Shown piece by piece: positions 22,128-31,303 of a stretch of 64,000 nt of DNA. Positions within the stretch are counted from its first letter, which is position 1. Every line of letters begins with the position of its first letter. The position numbers were made by a program, and so were the translations under genes. This stretch comes from Gammaproteobacteria bacterium (GTDB lineage: Bacteria; Pseudomonadota; Gammaproteobacteria; Eutrophobiales; Eutrophobiaceae). Below the pieces are notes generated by a model, which made no database searches, was not told where the DNA came from, and worked only from the letters and a program-made list of their open reading frames with translations. The DNA lies in NCBI GenBank assembly GCA_965116495.1, contig OZ220696.1:2464001-2528000 (forward strand), read 5' to 3'.

Positions 22128-23276
22128 ATGGTGTACCAAAGAATTACCAGACTACCAAGCCGCAGTTTCTTCCTGTTCGGTGTGCGAGGCGTTGGCAAGA
22201 GCTCATGGGTGCGTGTAACGCTTCCAAACGCACTACGCTTTGACCTGTTGGATGAAGCGCTATATCACGACCTCCTGGCTGACCCGTCGCTGTTTCGAGA
22301 ATTGGTTTCCACCGTTTCACATGGTGATTGGGTTGTCATCGATGAGGTACAGCGCATTCCTGCGCTGTTGAATGAGGTGCATCGACTGATAGAGGAACGC
22401 GGCCTGCGCTTTGCCCTGCTCGGCTCCAGCGCACGAAAACTCAAAACCGCGGGCACAAACCTGCTGGCCGGGCGGGCAAATCGTAAAGCCATGTACCCGC
22501 TGGTTGCGCAAGAACTCAGCACCGATTTCATCCTGGAAGACGTGCTCAGGTACGGCAGCATCCCCCTGGTCTGGACTGCGGACAACCGTCGTGAAGTCCT
22601 GGAAAGCTATACTCAACTATACCTGAGGGAAGAAATTCGCGCGGAAGCCATAGTCCGCAACTTGTCCGGTTTCGTTCGTTTCCTGCCCATTGCCGCGTTG
22701 CTTCACGGGCAGACCGTTAATGTAACGGGCATCGCCCGGGATGCCGGGGTAGCGCGCACTACCGTTACCGGCTACCTGGAGGTTCTTGAAGACACCTTGC
22801 TCACTTGGCGCCTGCCCGCTTTCGAAGCCAAACTGCGGGTGCGTGAACGACGACGCCCAAAACTCTACTGGGTCGACTCCGGCCTGGTGCGAGCCGTGAA
22901 ACGCCAGTTCGGACCCGTGTCAGTGGAGGAACGCGGCGCCCTGTTCGAGGGCTGGGTTCTCAGTCTGTTGCGCGCCCACGCGGAAGAGCAATCGGTATTT
23001 GACACAATTCATTACTGGGCGCCGGCAGAATCGAACACTGAGGTCGATTTCCTGCTCAGCCGGGATACCGAATACCTCGCCATCGAGGTCAAAGCGGCAA
23101 GACGGTATAACACTGTCTTACTCAAGGGGTTACGCGCCATTAATGACCTGCCACACCTGGTCCGCCGTATTCTCATCTACGACGGCGCGCGCGTCTTCCG
23201 TACCGAGGACGGTATTGACGTGTGGCCGGTAAAACAATTGCTCGAAGCGTTGCAAACAGATGCGCTTTGGCCCTGA
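22128..23276 (+). CDS. AAA_14 ATPase + DUF4143 (PD-(D/E)xK-like) protein
   Basis: GVRGVGKS, IDEVQR, LGSS, LAGRA, KLYWVDSG, GALFE and EVDF...AIEVK. Confidence 0.9.
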   Translation: MVYQRITRLPSRSFFLFGVRGVGKSSWVRVTLPNALRFDLLDEALYHDLLADPSLFRELVSTVSHGDWVVIDEVQRIPALLNEVHRLIEERGLRFALLGSSARKLKTAGTNLLAGRANRKAMYPLVAQELSTDFILEDVLRYGSIPLVWTADNRREVLESYTQLYLREEIRAEAIVRNLSGFVRFLPIAALLHGQTVNVTGIARDAGVARTTVTGYLEVLEDTLLTWRLPAFEAKLRVRERRRPKLYWVDSGLVRAVKRQFGPVSVEERGALFEGWVLSLLRAHAEEQSVFDTIHYWAPAESNTEVDFLLSRDTEYLAIEVKAARRYNTVLLKGLRAINDLPHLVRRILIYDGARVFRTEDGIDVWPVKQLLEALQTDALWP

Positions 23277-23337
23277 AGCCGGAGCAATACCTGGACACCA
23301 TTGACCGGGGTGGCGCTGTATTAGCTGTCCCTAATAC

Positions 23338-24279
23338 TCATTTGGAAGCATAGAGATAAAGCATCTCCAGCGCCAGGCTGGCGCCGGCCAGGGAGGTGAT
23401 CTCCCCCACGTCATAATCAGGCGCTACCTCAACAACGTCCATGCCGACCAGGTTGATCCCGGCGAGGCCGCGCAGGATCTGCTGGGCCTGGTGGGTGGAC
23501 AGGCCGCCGATCACCGGCGTACCCGTTCCGGGGGCATAGCAGGGGTCCAGGCAGTCGATATCGAAGGTGAGGTAACAGGCTTGCTCACCAACGACCTTCC
23601 GTATCTCGTCGATGACGGCGTCACAACCGTGCTCGTGTACCCAGGGCGCCTTCAACTGGTTGAATCCCCAGGATTCCTTGTTGAAGGTACGCAATCCCAC
23701 CTGTATGGATTGTTCCGGATTGAGGATGCCCTCTTTTACGGCGTGGTAGAACATGGTGCCGTGGTCTACCCGGCCGTCGTCACCCTCCCAGGTGTCCGAA
23801 TGGGCATCGAAGTGGATCAACGACAGCGGTCCGTATTTTTCCGCATGGGCCTGGAGAATGGGCCAGGTAATAAAGTGATCGCCGCCAAGCGACAATACCG
23901 CCACGTCCTCGGAAATGATTTCGGTTATATGCTCCCGGATATCAGCGGGAATGGTTTCCGGGAAACCGCGGTTGAATTCACAATCACCGTAATCGACGAC
24001 AGCCAGTTTATCGAAGGCGTTGAAACCCCAGTCATCCAGCCTGGTCCAACTCAACTGTGTGGAAGCCTGGCGTATGGAACGCGGGCCGAACCTGGCCCCG
24101 GGCCGGTTTGACGTGGCCGTATCCAGCGGTATGCCCGTAACCGCCACATCGACGCCTGCAAGGTCGCAGGAGTACTTGCGCCGCATGAAGCTCAGGACGC
24201 CGCTGTACATCGGTTCGCTACGGGTGCCGCGCAGGTCCTCCCGGTGAATGGCCTGGTCGATAAAATAATCTTCAGTCAT
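23338..24279 (-). CDS. speB: Agmatinase (ureohydrolase family)
   Basis: RPGARFGP, GGDH, HFDAHSD, DIDCLDP, APGTGTP and DVVEVAP. Confidence 0.9.
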   Translation of the reverse strand: MTEDYFIDQAIHREDLRGTRSEPMYSGVLSFMRRKYSCDLAGVDVAVTGIPLDTATSNRPGARFGPRSIRQASTQLSWTRLDDWGFNAFDKLAVVDYGDCEFNRGFPETIPADIREHITEIISEDVAVLSLGGDHFITWPILQAHAEKYGPLSLIHFDAHSDTWEGDDGRVDHGTMFYHAVKEGILNPEQSIQVGLRTFNKESWGFNQLKAPWVHEHGCDAVIDEIRKVVGEQACYLTFDIDCLDPCYAPGTGTPVIGGLSTHQAQQILRGLAGINLVGMDVVEVAPDYDVGEITSLAGASLALEMLYLYASK

Positions 24280-24926
24280 GGTTCATCTCTGATTGGCGCC
24301 TCCACTGCACAATGGCGGCAATGGCTTACATGGGTGCACGGCTCCTTGGCGTGCCTGACAATCAATGCATGATACTCATTATACAGCCTGTGGTCGGCAG
24401 GAAGACAGGATTCGAACATCCGCCGCAACGTTTCATAGTCTTCCCTGCCCCGGATCAGCTCCAGCCCGGTTAACAGGCGGCGGGTGTAGGTGTCGATAAC
24501 GAATACCGGGCGGTCAAAGGCATAGAGCAGGATGTCATCAGCCGTCTCAGGCCCTACGCCGTTGATTGACAGCAACGCCTGTCTGAGCCTGCCGGTGTCC
24601 CATTGAGCTACGGCGTCCAGGCCACCCTGTGAATGTAACCACCCGCACAGGTTCTGCAGGCGTTGCGCCTTTACGTTGAAGAAACCGGAGGATTTGATCA
24701 GTTCGGCCAATTCATCCCGGGGTAACGCAACAATCCTGCCCAACTCAAGCGCGCCGGCATCTTTCAGTCCTGTTATTGCCTTTTCGACATTCTTCCAACT
24801 GGTGTTCTGGGTGAGTACTGCGCCGACGATCACCTCGAAAGCGGATTCTGCCGGCCACCAGTGCTGCGGCCCGTAACTATCCAGCAGTCGATCGTACAAC
24901 GCGGCCAATTTGTCGCAGGAGATCAT
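24276..24926 (-). CDS. Endonuclease III-like HhH-GPD protein
   Basis: GPQHWWP, GAVLTQNTSW, GVGPETADDILLY and VIDTY; Cys-rich tail. Confidence 0.9.
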   Translation of the reverse strand: MISCDKLAALYDRLLDSYGPQHWWPAESAFEVIVGAVLTQNTSWKNVEKAITGLKDAGALELGRIVALPRDELAELIKSSGFFNVKAQRLQNLCGWLHSQGGLDAVAQWDTGRLRQALLSINGVGPETADDILLYAFDRPVFVIDTYTRRLLTGLELIRGREDYETLRRMFESCLPADHRLYNEYHALIVRHAKEPCTHVSHCRHCAVEAPIRDEP

Positions 24927-24955
24927 TTGTTATATTTTAACCAGTGAAAACAGCC

Positions 24956-24981
24956 GGGGACAGATTAATAAATCTGTCCCC
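24956..24981. repeat. GGGGACAGA-N-TCTGTCCCC palindrome (family D)
   Basis: GGGGACAGATTAATAAATCTGTCCCC; similar hairpins at 33627-33674 and 61563-61585. Confidence 0.8.
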
Positions 24982-24991
24982 AATACCAGGT

Positions 24992-25021
24992 ATCCTGTAT
25001 ATCCTGTCCATCCATGTTAAA
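24992..25021. repeat. 30-bp ATCCTGTATATCCTGTCCATC repeat
   Basis: Its reverse complement matches 31104-31133 with one mismatch; it contains the gluQ ATG. Confidence 0.8.
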
Positions 25022-25901
25022 CACGTCTTATATCGGGCGCTTTGCCCCTACTCCCAGCGGCCCGCTCCATTTCGGCTCCATCGTCGCAGCGCTGGCAAGT
25101 TATCTTGACGCCCGCCATAACGGCGGCAAGTGGTTGTTGCGGATTGAGGATATCGATACGCCACGGGTGCGAGCGGGGGCGGACCGGCAAATCATCAATA
25201 CCCTGGAAATCCTCGGCCTTGAGTGGGACGGCGCTATCTTTTACCAGAGCAGGCGCCTGGACCAATATCAAGATGCGTTGACAAAGCTTGCACATAACGA
25301 CCTGTTGTACCGTTGCTGCTGCCCCAGGAAGATTACCAAAGGCAAGCCATACCCAGGCACGTGCAGAAAGCGCACAAACCATGACGAAAAACCCTATTCC
25401 ATGCGAGTAAGAATACTGGATAGGTCAATTAGTTATGCAGATGTAATTCAAGGCCAAATGACAGGACGGTTGAACGAACTGACCGGAGATTTCATCCTGC
25501 GCCGTTCGGACGGGTTGATTGCCTATAACCTGGCCGTGGCCATTGACGATGCCGCGCAGGATATCACCCGCGTTGTACGCGGTTCGGATCTGCTCGACAC
25601 CACCTTCAACCAGATTTACCTGCAATCTGTCCTGAACCTGCCTACGCCGGAATATGCTCACCACCCGCTCGTGGTTGATGGCGCGGGGAAGAAAATCAGC
25701 AAACAGGATGGGGCGACGGACGTACTGACCGGAATCTCTCCCGAAGAAGTGCTGCTGCGCGCGTTACGCTTCCTGGGACAGGCGCCAGATCCAGAACTGT
25801 CATATGCCGAAAAGCGTGACATCCTCGCCTGGGCAATCACCCGTTGGAGAATTGATGCAGTCAGCACTTCGTCTACGGGCCAAGCACGCCTACAGGAATA
25901 A
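25014..25901 (+). CDS. gluQ: tRNA glutamyl-Q(34) synthetase
   Basis: YIGRFAPTPSGPLHFGS, LRIEDID, CxC...YxGxC, VVRGSDL and KISKQ; no anticodon-binding domain. Confidence 0.93.
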   Translation: MLNTSYIGRFAPTPSGPLHFGSIVAALASYLDARHNGGKWLLRIEDIDTPRVRAGADRQIINTLEILGLEWDGAIFYQSRRLDQYQDALTKLAHNDLLYRCCCPRKITKGKPYPGTCRKRTNHDEKPYSMRVRILDRSISYADVIQGQMTGRLNELTGDFILRRSDGLIAYNLAVAIDDAAQDITRVVRGSDLLDTTFNQIYLQSVLNLPTPEYAHHPLVVDGAGKKISKQDGATDVLTGISPEEVLLRALRFLGQAPDPELSYAEKRDILAWAITRWRIDAVSTSSTGQARLQE

Positions 25902-27120
25902 CCGCAATACCATCCTCCCGCCGGTATGCATAGCCGGAACTTACAATTACGCCCAGGGTCCCCGGGTTTCCACATTTGGCCAGGTCGAGACGAGTACGAA
26001 ATTTCAGTAAATTGGCAGCAGCTTCGTCTACCTGACCGACCCCCAGTTTGACCTCGAATGCACACCATTCTCCATTTCTGCGTTGTACGATTGTATCCAC
26101 TTCAAGACCGGTGTTGTCGCGGTAATGATAGACATCAGCGTCGGCCGCGCGCGCATAAATATTGAGTTCCCTGAAGACCAGAGATTCAAACAACTGGCCC
26201 AGCAGGTTCAGGTCCAGTAACAGACGCTCCGGATTTGCCCGGAGCGCTGCAACCGCAAGGGACGGGTCGACGAAATGACGTTTAACCGAAGCGCGCTGGG
26301 AAGACTTGGAGCGTAAGTGAGTCGGCCATGCCGGCTGTTCCTCGCAAACCATGAGCCGGACCAGGGCCGACAGGTAGTCCCGGACGGTATCATCGTTCAG
26401 CGGTCCGTCCGCGCCGCCTGCATCGGCAGCGATCGTCCGGGCGCTGACCTCTGTGGCTACGTTACGCGCCAACGAGCGAATAACCCTGGTTACTTTATCT
26501 GGATCTCGCCGGACGCCATCCACCCGCCTGATATCAAGTCGTTGAATCTCCTCCAGGTAGTCCCGCTGTGCCCTCAGACTTGCATCGAGTTGCAGGTTCA
26601 GGTTGCCGGGCCAACCGCCCCGGCATAACTGTTCGGTAATATCGCTTAGCTTATGTCCTGGATCTGCACAGCCCGAAAAGCGTCCGGCAAACAAATCGAG
26701 CAGGGATATTTCTGCAGAGGAAAATCCGGTTTCTGTCAGGCTCATTGTGCGTAACCGGAGGCGCGAAATCCTGCCCGCACCGGTATGGCGCGTGATGTCA
26801 TCGGCGGGTACGGCTGAACCGGTGAGTATGAACTGTCCGGCTTGCTGGCGTTGATCGGCCATCCGCCGGACATGATTCCAGATGGCAGGCTCGACCTGCC
26901 ATTCATCAATCAACCTGGGTGTCTCCCCCGCAAGTACCAGCGCAGGGTCAACGGCTATGGTTCGACGTGCATTTTCATCCACATCCAACAGGACTTCACT
27001 TTTGGCGACTTGTCTTGCCGTAGCCGTTTTGCCGCAGGCTTTGGGACCTTCAATGACGACAATGCCGGCCGACTCCAACCGCTCAGTAAGCTCACTATCC
27101 GCAATTCTGGGGTAATACAT
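25873..27120 (-). CDS. AAA_14 ATPase + DUF4143 protein
   Basis: EGPKACGKT, LIDEWQ, FILTGS, HTGAGR, KRHFVDPSL and EVD...AFEVK. Confidence 0.9.
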   Translation of the reverse strand: MYYPRIADSELTERLESAGIVVIEGPKACGKTATARQVAKSEVLLDVDENARRTIAVDPALVLAGETPRLIDEWQVEPAIWNHVRRMADQRQQAGQFILTGSAVPADDITRHTGAGRISRLRLRTMSLTETGFSSAEISLLDLFAGRFSGCADPGHKLSDITEQLCRGGWPGNLNLQLDASLRAQRDYLEEIQRLDIRRVDGVRRDPDKVTRVIRSLARNVATEVSARTIAADAGGADGPLNDDTVRDYLSALVRLMVCEEQPAWPTHLRSKSSQRASVKRHFVDPSLAVAALRANPERLLLDLNLLGQLFESLVFRELNIYARAADADVYHYRDNTGLEVDTIVQRRNGEWCAFEVKLGVGQVDEAAANLLKFRTRLDLAKCGNPGTLGVIVSSGYAYRREDGIAVIPVGVLGP

Positions 27121-27179
27121 GTAGTTTCACCTGACAGGTCGATCCTGCTGTTTCAACATTTTCGACAGTATATACACTA

Positions 27180-27268
27180 TATAACCGGGCATTTGTAACA
27201 ATTATAACCGGGTATTTGTAACGATTTCAACCGGGTATTTGTATTGTATTAAACCGGGCATTTGTAAT
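27180..27268. repeat. Four-copy tandem repeat, 23-bp period
   Basis: Core AACCGGGYATTTGTA at 27183, 27206, 27229 and 27252. Confidence 0.9.
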
Positions 27269-27354
27269 AGTTTTATGAGAGGAGTTGACAACATTTCTTT
27301 CACTACTTTCCTGAAGCTGTCAATATAATATATGTCTGTCAGTTATCGGAACAT

Positions 27355-27537
27355 ATGCGAGTAACCATTATCGGAGGCGGGGTGACAGGAGTTACAACCG
27401 CTTACTACCTGCAGCAACACGGGGCTGAGGTCACAGTCCTGGAGCGGAGTCACGGCGCCGGGCTGGAAACCAGTTTCGGCAACGGCGGCGGTCTGACCGC
27501 AGGCGTTGTTAGAACTTGCCGGCCAACATGTGTATAG
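27355..27537 (+). pseudogene. N-terminal remnant of a D-amino acid dehydrogenase (DadA-like)
   Basis: MRVTIIGGGVTGVTTAYYL...VTVLER...ETSFGNGG; similarity ends at about 50 aa. Confidence 0.8.
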
Positions 27538-27569
27538 TAATTCAACAGTCCTGATGACGGAAAACAGAC

Positions 27570-29915
27570 ATGCACGCACAAGCCGAACCACTGCATAAAC
27601 TGGTCCCGGTAACCTCCCACTGGGGGAATTACCTGGCCGAGGTCGCCGGCGACAGGCTGGTGGCGATCCATCCCTACGCCACCGACCCCGACCCTACGCC
27701 GATCGGCCAATCGTTACTGAACGCCCAGGATGAGGATGTACGCGTCCTCCAGCCGATGATCCGGCAGGGATACCTGGAACAGCGCCACAACAGCGACGGG
27801 GCGCGGCGCGGCATCGACCCGTTTGTGCCGGTGGCCTGGGATACGGCGCTTGATATGGCTGCCGATGCCATTCAGCGGGTGCGGCAGGAATTCGGCAACG
27901 AGGCCATTTACGGCGGATCGTACGGCTGGGCCAGCGCCGGCCGTTTCCACCATGCCACCAGCCAGGTGCACCGTTTTCTCAACACGGCCGGCGGCTATAC
28001 CCGTTCCGTTAACAGTTACTCTGTCGCTGCGGCCGAGGTCATCATGACCCACGTGCTGGGCACGAATTTTTATGACCTGATGATGCAGGCGCCCACCGTC
28101 GAAGACATCACAAAACACACCAGGCTGGTGGTGTGTTTCGGCGGTATTGCCATGAAGAATACCCAGATCATGGCCGGGGGCCTGGGTGCGCACACGGCCA
28201 AAGATCAATTGCAGGGCCTGAAACAGGCCGGAGTCAGGTTCGTGAACGTCAGCCCGGTAAAGGACGACATGGCGGATTATCTTGATGCCGACTGGTGGCC
28301 GTGCCGGCCCAACAGCGACGTTGCCGTCATGCTCGGCATCGCCCACACCCTGGTGGCGAACAACCTCCAGGACAAGCGCTTTCTCGATACTTACTGCACG
28401 GGGTTTGAACGCTTCCTGCCCTACCTGGTGGGCGCTGAGGACGGGATCGTCAAAGATGCCGGGTGGGCGGCGCAGTTGGCCGGGATACCTGCGGAAAAAA
28501 TCGAGGAAACCGCAAGACAGATGGCGGCAGAACGCTGCCTGATCGGTATAAGCTGGTCTCTGCAACGCAGCGAGTTCGGTGAACAGTCCTACTGGATGGC
28601 GACGCTGCTGAGCGCCATGCTGGGCTACGTGGGCCTGCCCGGGGCCGGTGTCGCCTATGGCTACGGCTCCGTCCACAATATCGGTTTTGCCGGCCGGCGC
28701 CTGCCCAATTACAAGACCGCGGCATTGCCGCAGGGAGAGAATGCCGTAACCGCGTTTATCCCGGTGGCCAGGATCTCGGACATGCTGTTGAACCCGGGAG
28801 AGCAGTTTGCATACAACGGACAGACGCTCACCTATCCCGACATCAGGCTTGTCTACTGGGCGGGCGGCAACCCGTTCCATCATCACCAGGATTTGAACCG
28901 CCTGCGCAGGGCCTGGGCCAGGCCCGAAACCATTGTAGTCAACGAGCCATTCTGGACGGCTACCGCGCGCCATGCCGATATAGTATTTCCCTCAACCACC
29001 GCACTGGAGCGCAATGATATCTGCATCAATCCGTACGATTGCCATCTCGCCCCCATGCCCCGCGCCCTGCCGCCTCTCGGCCAGTCGAAAAACGATTACG
29101 ATATCTTCGCCGGGTTAGCGAAACGGCTTGGTTCGGAGCAGGAATTTACCGAAGGCAGGGACGAAATGGACTGGGTCAGGCACCTGTATGGCAAAACCAG
29201 GGAAGCGGCGGCAGACCTGCATGTGTCATTGCCGGAATTTGATGAATTCTGGCATGGCCGGCAAATCACGGTAGAGGAACAGATCCCGGACCGTGTATAT
29301 ATCCTGGAGAAATTCCGTACGGACCCGGAAACAAACCCGTTACGAACACCCTCCGGCAGGATCGAACTGTATTCGGAAAAGATCGCCGGCTTCAACTACG
29401 ACGACTGCGCAGGCCATCCAAGGTGGTACGACCGGCAGGAATGGCTGGGCGCCGGGAGAGCGGAGGTCTACCCGCTCCATTTAATCTCCAACCAGCCGAA
29501 GACCCGGTTACACAGCCAATACGACCATGGCGTAACCAGCCGCAACGCCAAACTCAAGGGGCGGGCGCCGGCCAGGATGAACCCGAACGATGCGGCAGTA
29601 CGGGATATCAGGGATGGCGACGTCATCCGTTTGTTCAACGACCGCGGTGCGTGCCTGGCCGGGGTCGTCCTCACGGAAAACTTGCGTCCGGGCGTGATCG
29701 AACTGGAAACCGGGGCCTGGTACGACCCACAGGACCCGACCGATCCGATGTCCCTCGAGGTACACGGCAATCCCAATGCCTTGACGCGCGATGCCGGCAC
29801 CTCGAAACTGGCCCAGGGGCCTTCGGCACACAGTTGCCTGGTCGAGGTGGAGAAATATATCGGCGAATTACCTGAAATCCGAGTGTTTTCGCAACCGCCG
29901 GTAGTTGGCGTATGA
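27570..29915 (+). CDS. DMSO-reductase-family molybdoenzyme (BisC/TorZ-like), cytoplasmic
   Basis: SHWG, SYGWASAGRFHHA, NSYS, WAGGNPFHHHQD and RLHSQ; no Tat signal peptide. Confidence 0.92.
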   Translation: MHAQAEPLHKLVPVTSHWGNYLAEVAGDRLVAIHPYATDPDPTPIGQSLLNAQDEDVRVLQPMIRQGYLEQRHNSDGARRGIDPFVPVAWDTALDMAADAIQRVRQEFGNEAIYGGSYGWASAGRFHHATSQVHRFLNTAGGYTRSVNSYSVAAAEVIMTHVLGTNFYDLMMQAPTVEDITKHTRLVVCFGGIAMKNTQIMAGGLGAHTAKDQLQGLKQAGVRFVNVSPVKDDMADYLDADWWPCRPNSDVAVMLGIAHTLVANNLQDKRFLDTYCTGFERFLPYLVGAEDGIVKDAGWAAQLAGIPAEKIEETARQMAAERCLIGISWSLQRSEFGEQSYWMATLLSAMLGYVGLPGAGVAYGYGSVHNIGFAGRRLPNYKTAALPQGENAVTAFIPVARISDMLLNPGEQFAYNGQTLTYPDIRLVYWAGGNPFHHHQDLNRLRRAWARPETIVVNEPFWTATARHADIVFPSTTALERNDICINPYDCHLAPMPRALPPLGQSKNDYDIFAGLAKRLGSEQEFTEGRDEMDWVRHLYGKTREAAADLHVSLPEFDEFWHGRQITVEEQIPDRVYILEKFRTDPETNPLRTPSGRIELYSEKIAGFNYDDCAGHPRWYDRQEWLGAGRAEVYPLHLISNQPKTRLHSQYDHGVTSRNAKLKGRAPARMNPNDAAVRDIRDGDVIRLFNDRGACLAGVVLTENLRPGVIELETGAWYDPQDPTDPMSLEVHGNPNALTRDAGTSKLAQGPSAHSCLVEVEKYIGELPEIRVFSQPPVVGV

Positions 29916-31096
29916 GTGATAAAATAGTCATTGCGGGTATGGCCCGGACACCCCAGGGGGGGTTGCAGGGAGACCTGTCAGCCGTGCCGGCCCCGCAGTT
30001 GGGCGCAGTTGCCGTCAAGGCTGCACTGGGCAGTGCAGGAGTTAATCCGGCAGAAGTGGACGAGACCATTATGGGCTGCGTGTTACCTGCCGGCCTGCGC
30101 CAGGCCCCGGCGCGCCAGGCATCCATAGGCGCAGGTATCCCGGCCAGCACAGGTTGTACCACCGTCAACAAGATGTGCGGATCGGCCATGAAGGCCGTGA
30201 TGCTGGGTTATGACGCCATCCGGGCAGGTTCGGCGGACTGTATCGTCGCGGGCGGGATGGAGAGCATGAGCAATGCGCCGTACCTGGTACTCAAGGCCCG
30301 CAGCGGGTTGCGCCTGGGGCATGGGGAGATGGTGGACCATATGTTCTTCGACGGACTGGAAGACGCGTACGACCAGGGCAAACTGATGGGGTCGTTCGCG
30401 GAAGACTGTGCGAGCAAATACGGTTTTACCCGGGAAATGCAGGATGCCTATGCAATAGAATCGCTGGTGCGCGCCCAGCGCGCAATCAGGGAAGGAAGAT
30501 TCAAGGAAGAAATCGAACCGGTCGTAGTCAAAACGCGCAAAGGTGAAACCACCATTGATACCGACGAGCAGCCGGGCAAAGCCCGGATCGACAAAATCCC
30601 CACACTGAAACCGGCATTCGCCAAAAACGGCACCGTGACCCCGGCCAATTCCAGTTCCATATCCGACGGCGCGGCAGCAGTGGTTTTGCTCAGGGAGAGT
30701 GATGCAGTATCCCGCAGTTTAAAACCGTTGGCGGTTTTGCATGCGCATTCCACCCATGCCCAGGAGCCCGGCTGGTTCACCACGGCGCCGGTGGGCGCAA
30801 TCAGAAAAGTGCTGGAAAAAACCGGCTGGGCGGTGGCTGACGTAGACCTGTTTGAGGTAAACGAGGCGTTTGCCGTCGTCGCCATGGCGGCCATGCACGA
30901 TTTGCAGATCCCCCACGACAAACTGAACGTGAACGGCGGCGCCTGCGCCCTGGGTCACCCTGTCGGCGCCTCGGGAGCGAGAATCATGGTTACCCTGATT
31001 GCGGCCCTGAAGGACCGCGGATTAAAACGCGGCGTAGCCGGCCTGTGCATAGGCGGCGGCGAAGCGACGGCGGTAGCCCTGGAACTGCTTTCATAG
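29912..31096 (+). CDS. Acetyl-CoA C-acyltransferase (thiolase)
   Basis: NKMCGS, NEAF, GHPVGASG and CIGGGE. Confidence 0.95.
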   Translation: MSDKIVIAGMARTPQGGLQGDLSAVPAPQLGAVAVKAALGSAGVNPAEVDETIMGCVLPAGLRQAPARQASIGAGIPASTGCTTVNKMCGSAMKAVMLGYDAIRAGSADCIVAGGMESMSNAPYLVLKARSGLRLGHGEMVDHMFFDGLEDAYDQGKLMGSFAEDCASKYGFTREMQDAYAIESLVRAQRAIREGRFKEEIEPVVVKTRKGETTIDTDEQPGKARIDKIPTLKPAFAKNGTVTPANSSSISDGAAAVVLLRESDAVSRSLKPLAVLHAHSTHAQEPGWFTTAPVGAIRKVLEKTGWAVADVDLFEVNEAFAVVAMAAMHDLQIPHDKLNVNGGACALGHPVGASGARIMVTLIAALKDRGLKRGVAGLCIGGGEATAVALELLS

Positions 31097-31103
31097 ACAG
31101 GGA

Positions 31104-31303
31104 TTTAACATCGATGGACAGGATATACAGGATTAATCCGCAGATTACGCAGATTAACGCAGATGAAAGATAATCTTTTTGTTTTTCTCTGTGTACTCTG
31201 GAGCTCTCTGTAGCTTTCATCTTTTCCCGTTTAACCGCAGAGGCCACAAAGAACACGGAGTTGAATAAATTTTCATCTGCGTTAATCTGCGTAATCTGCG
31301 GAT
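31104..31303. repeat. Composite repeat cluster: 30-bp repeat plus family B element, copy 3
   Basis: TTTAACATCGATGGACAGGATATACAGGAT, then ATCCGCAGATTACGCAGATTAACGCAGAT (31136)...ATCTGCGTTAATCTGCGTAATCTGCGGAT (31303), with a different interior from copies 1 and 2. Confidence 0.85.

Noticed and set aside
27180-27268. Possible mini-CRISPR array
   Set aside because: The 15-bp cores with 8-nt linkers are far too short for spacers, and there are no cas genes.
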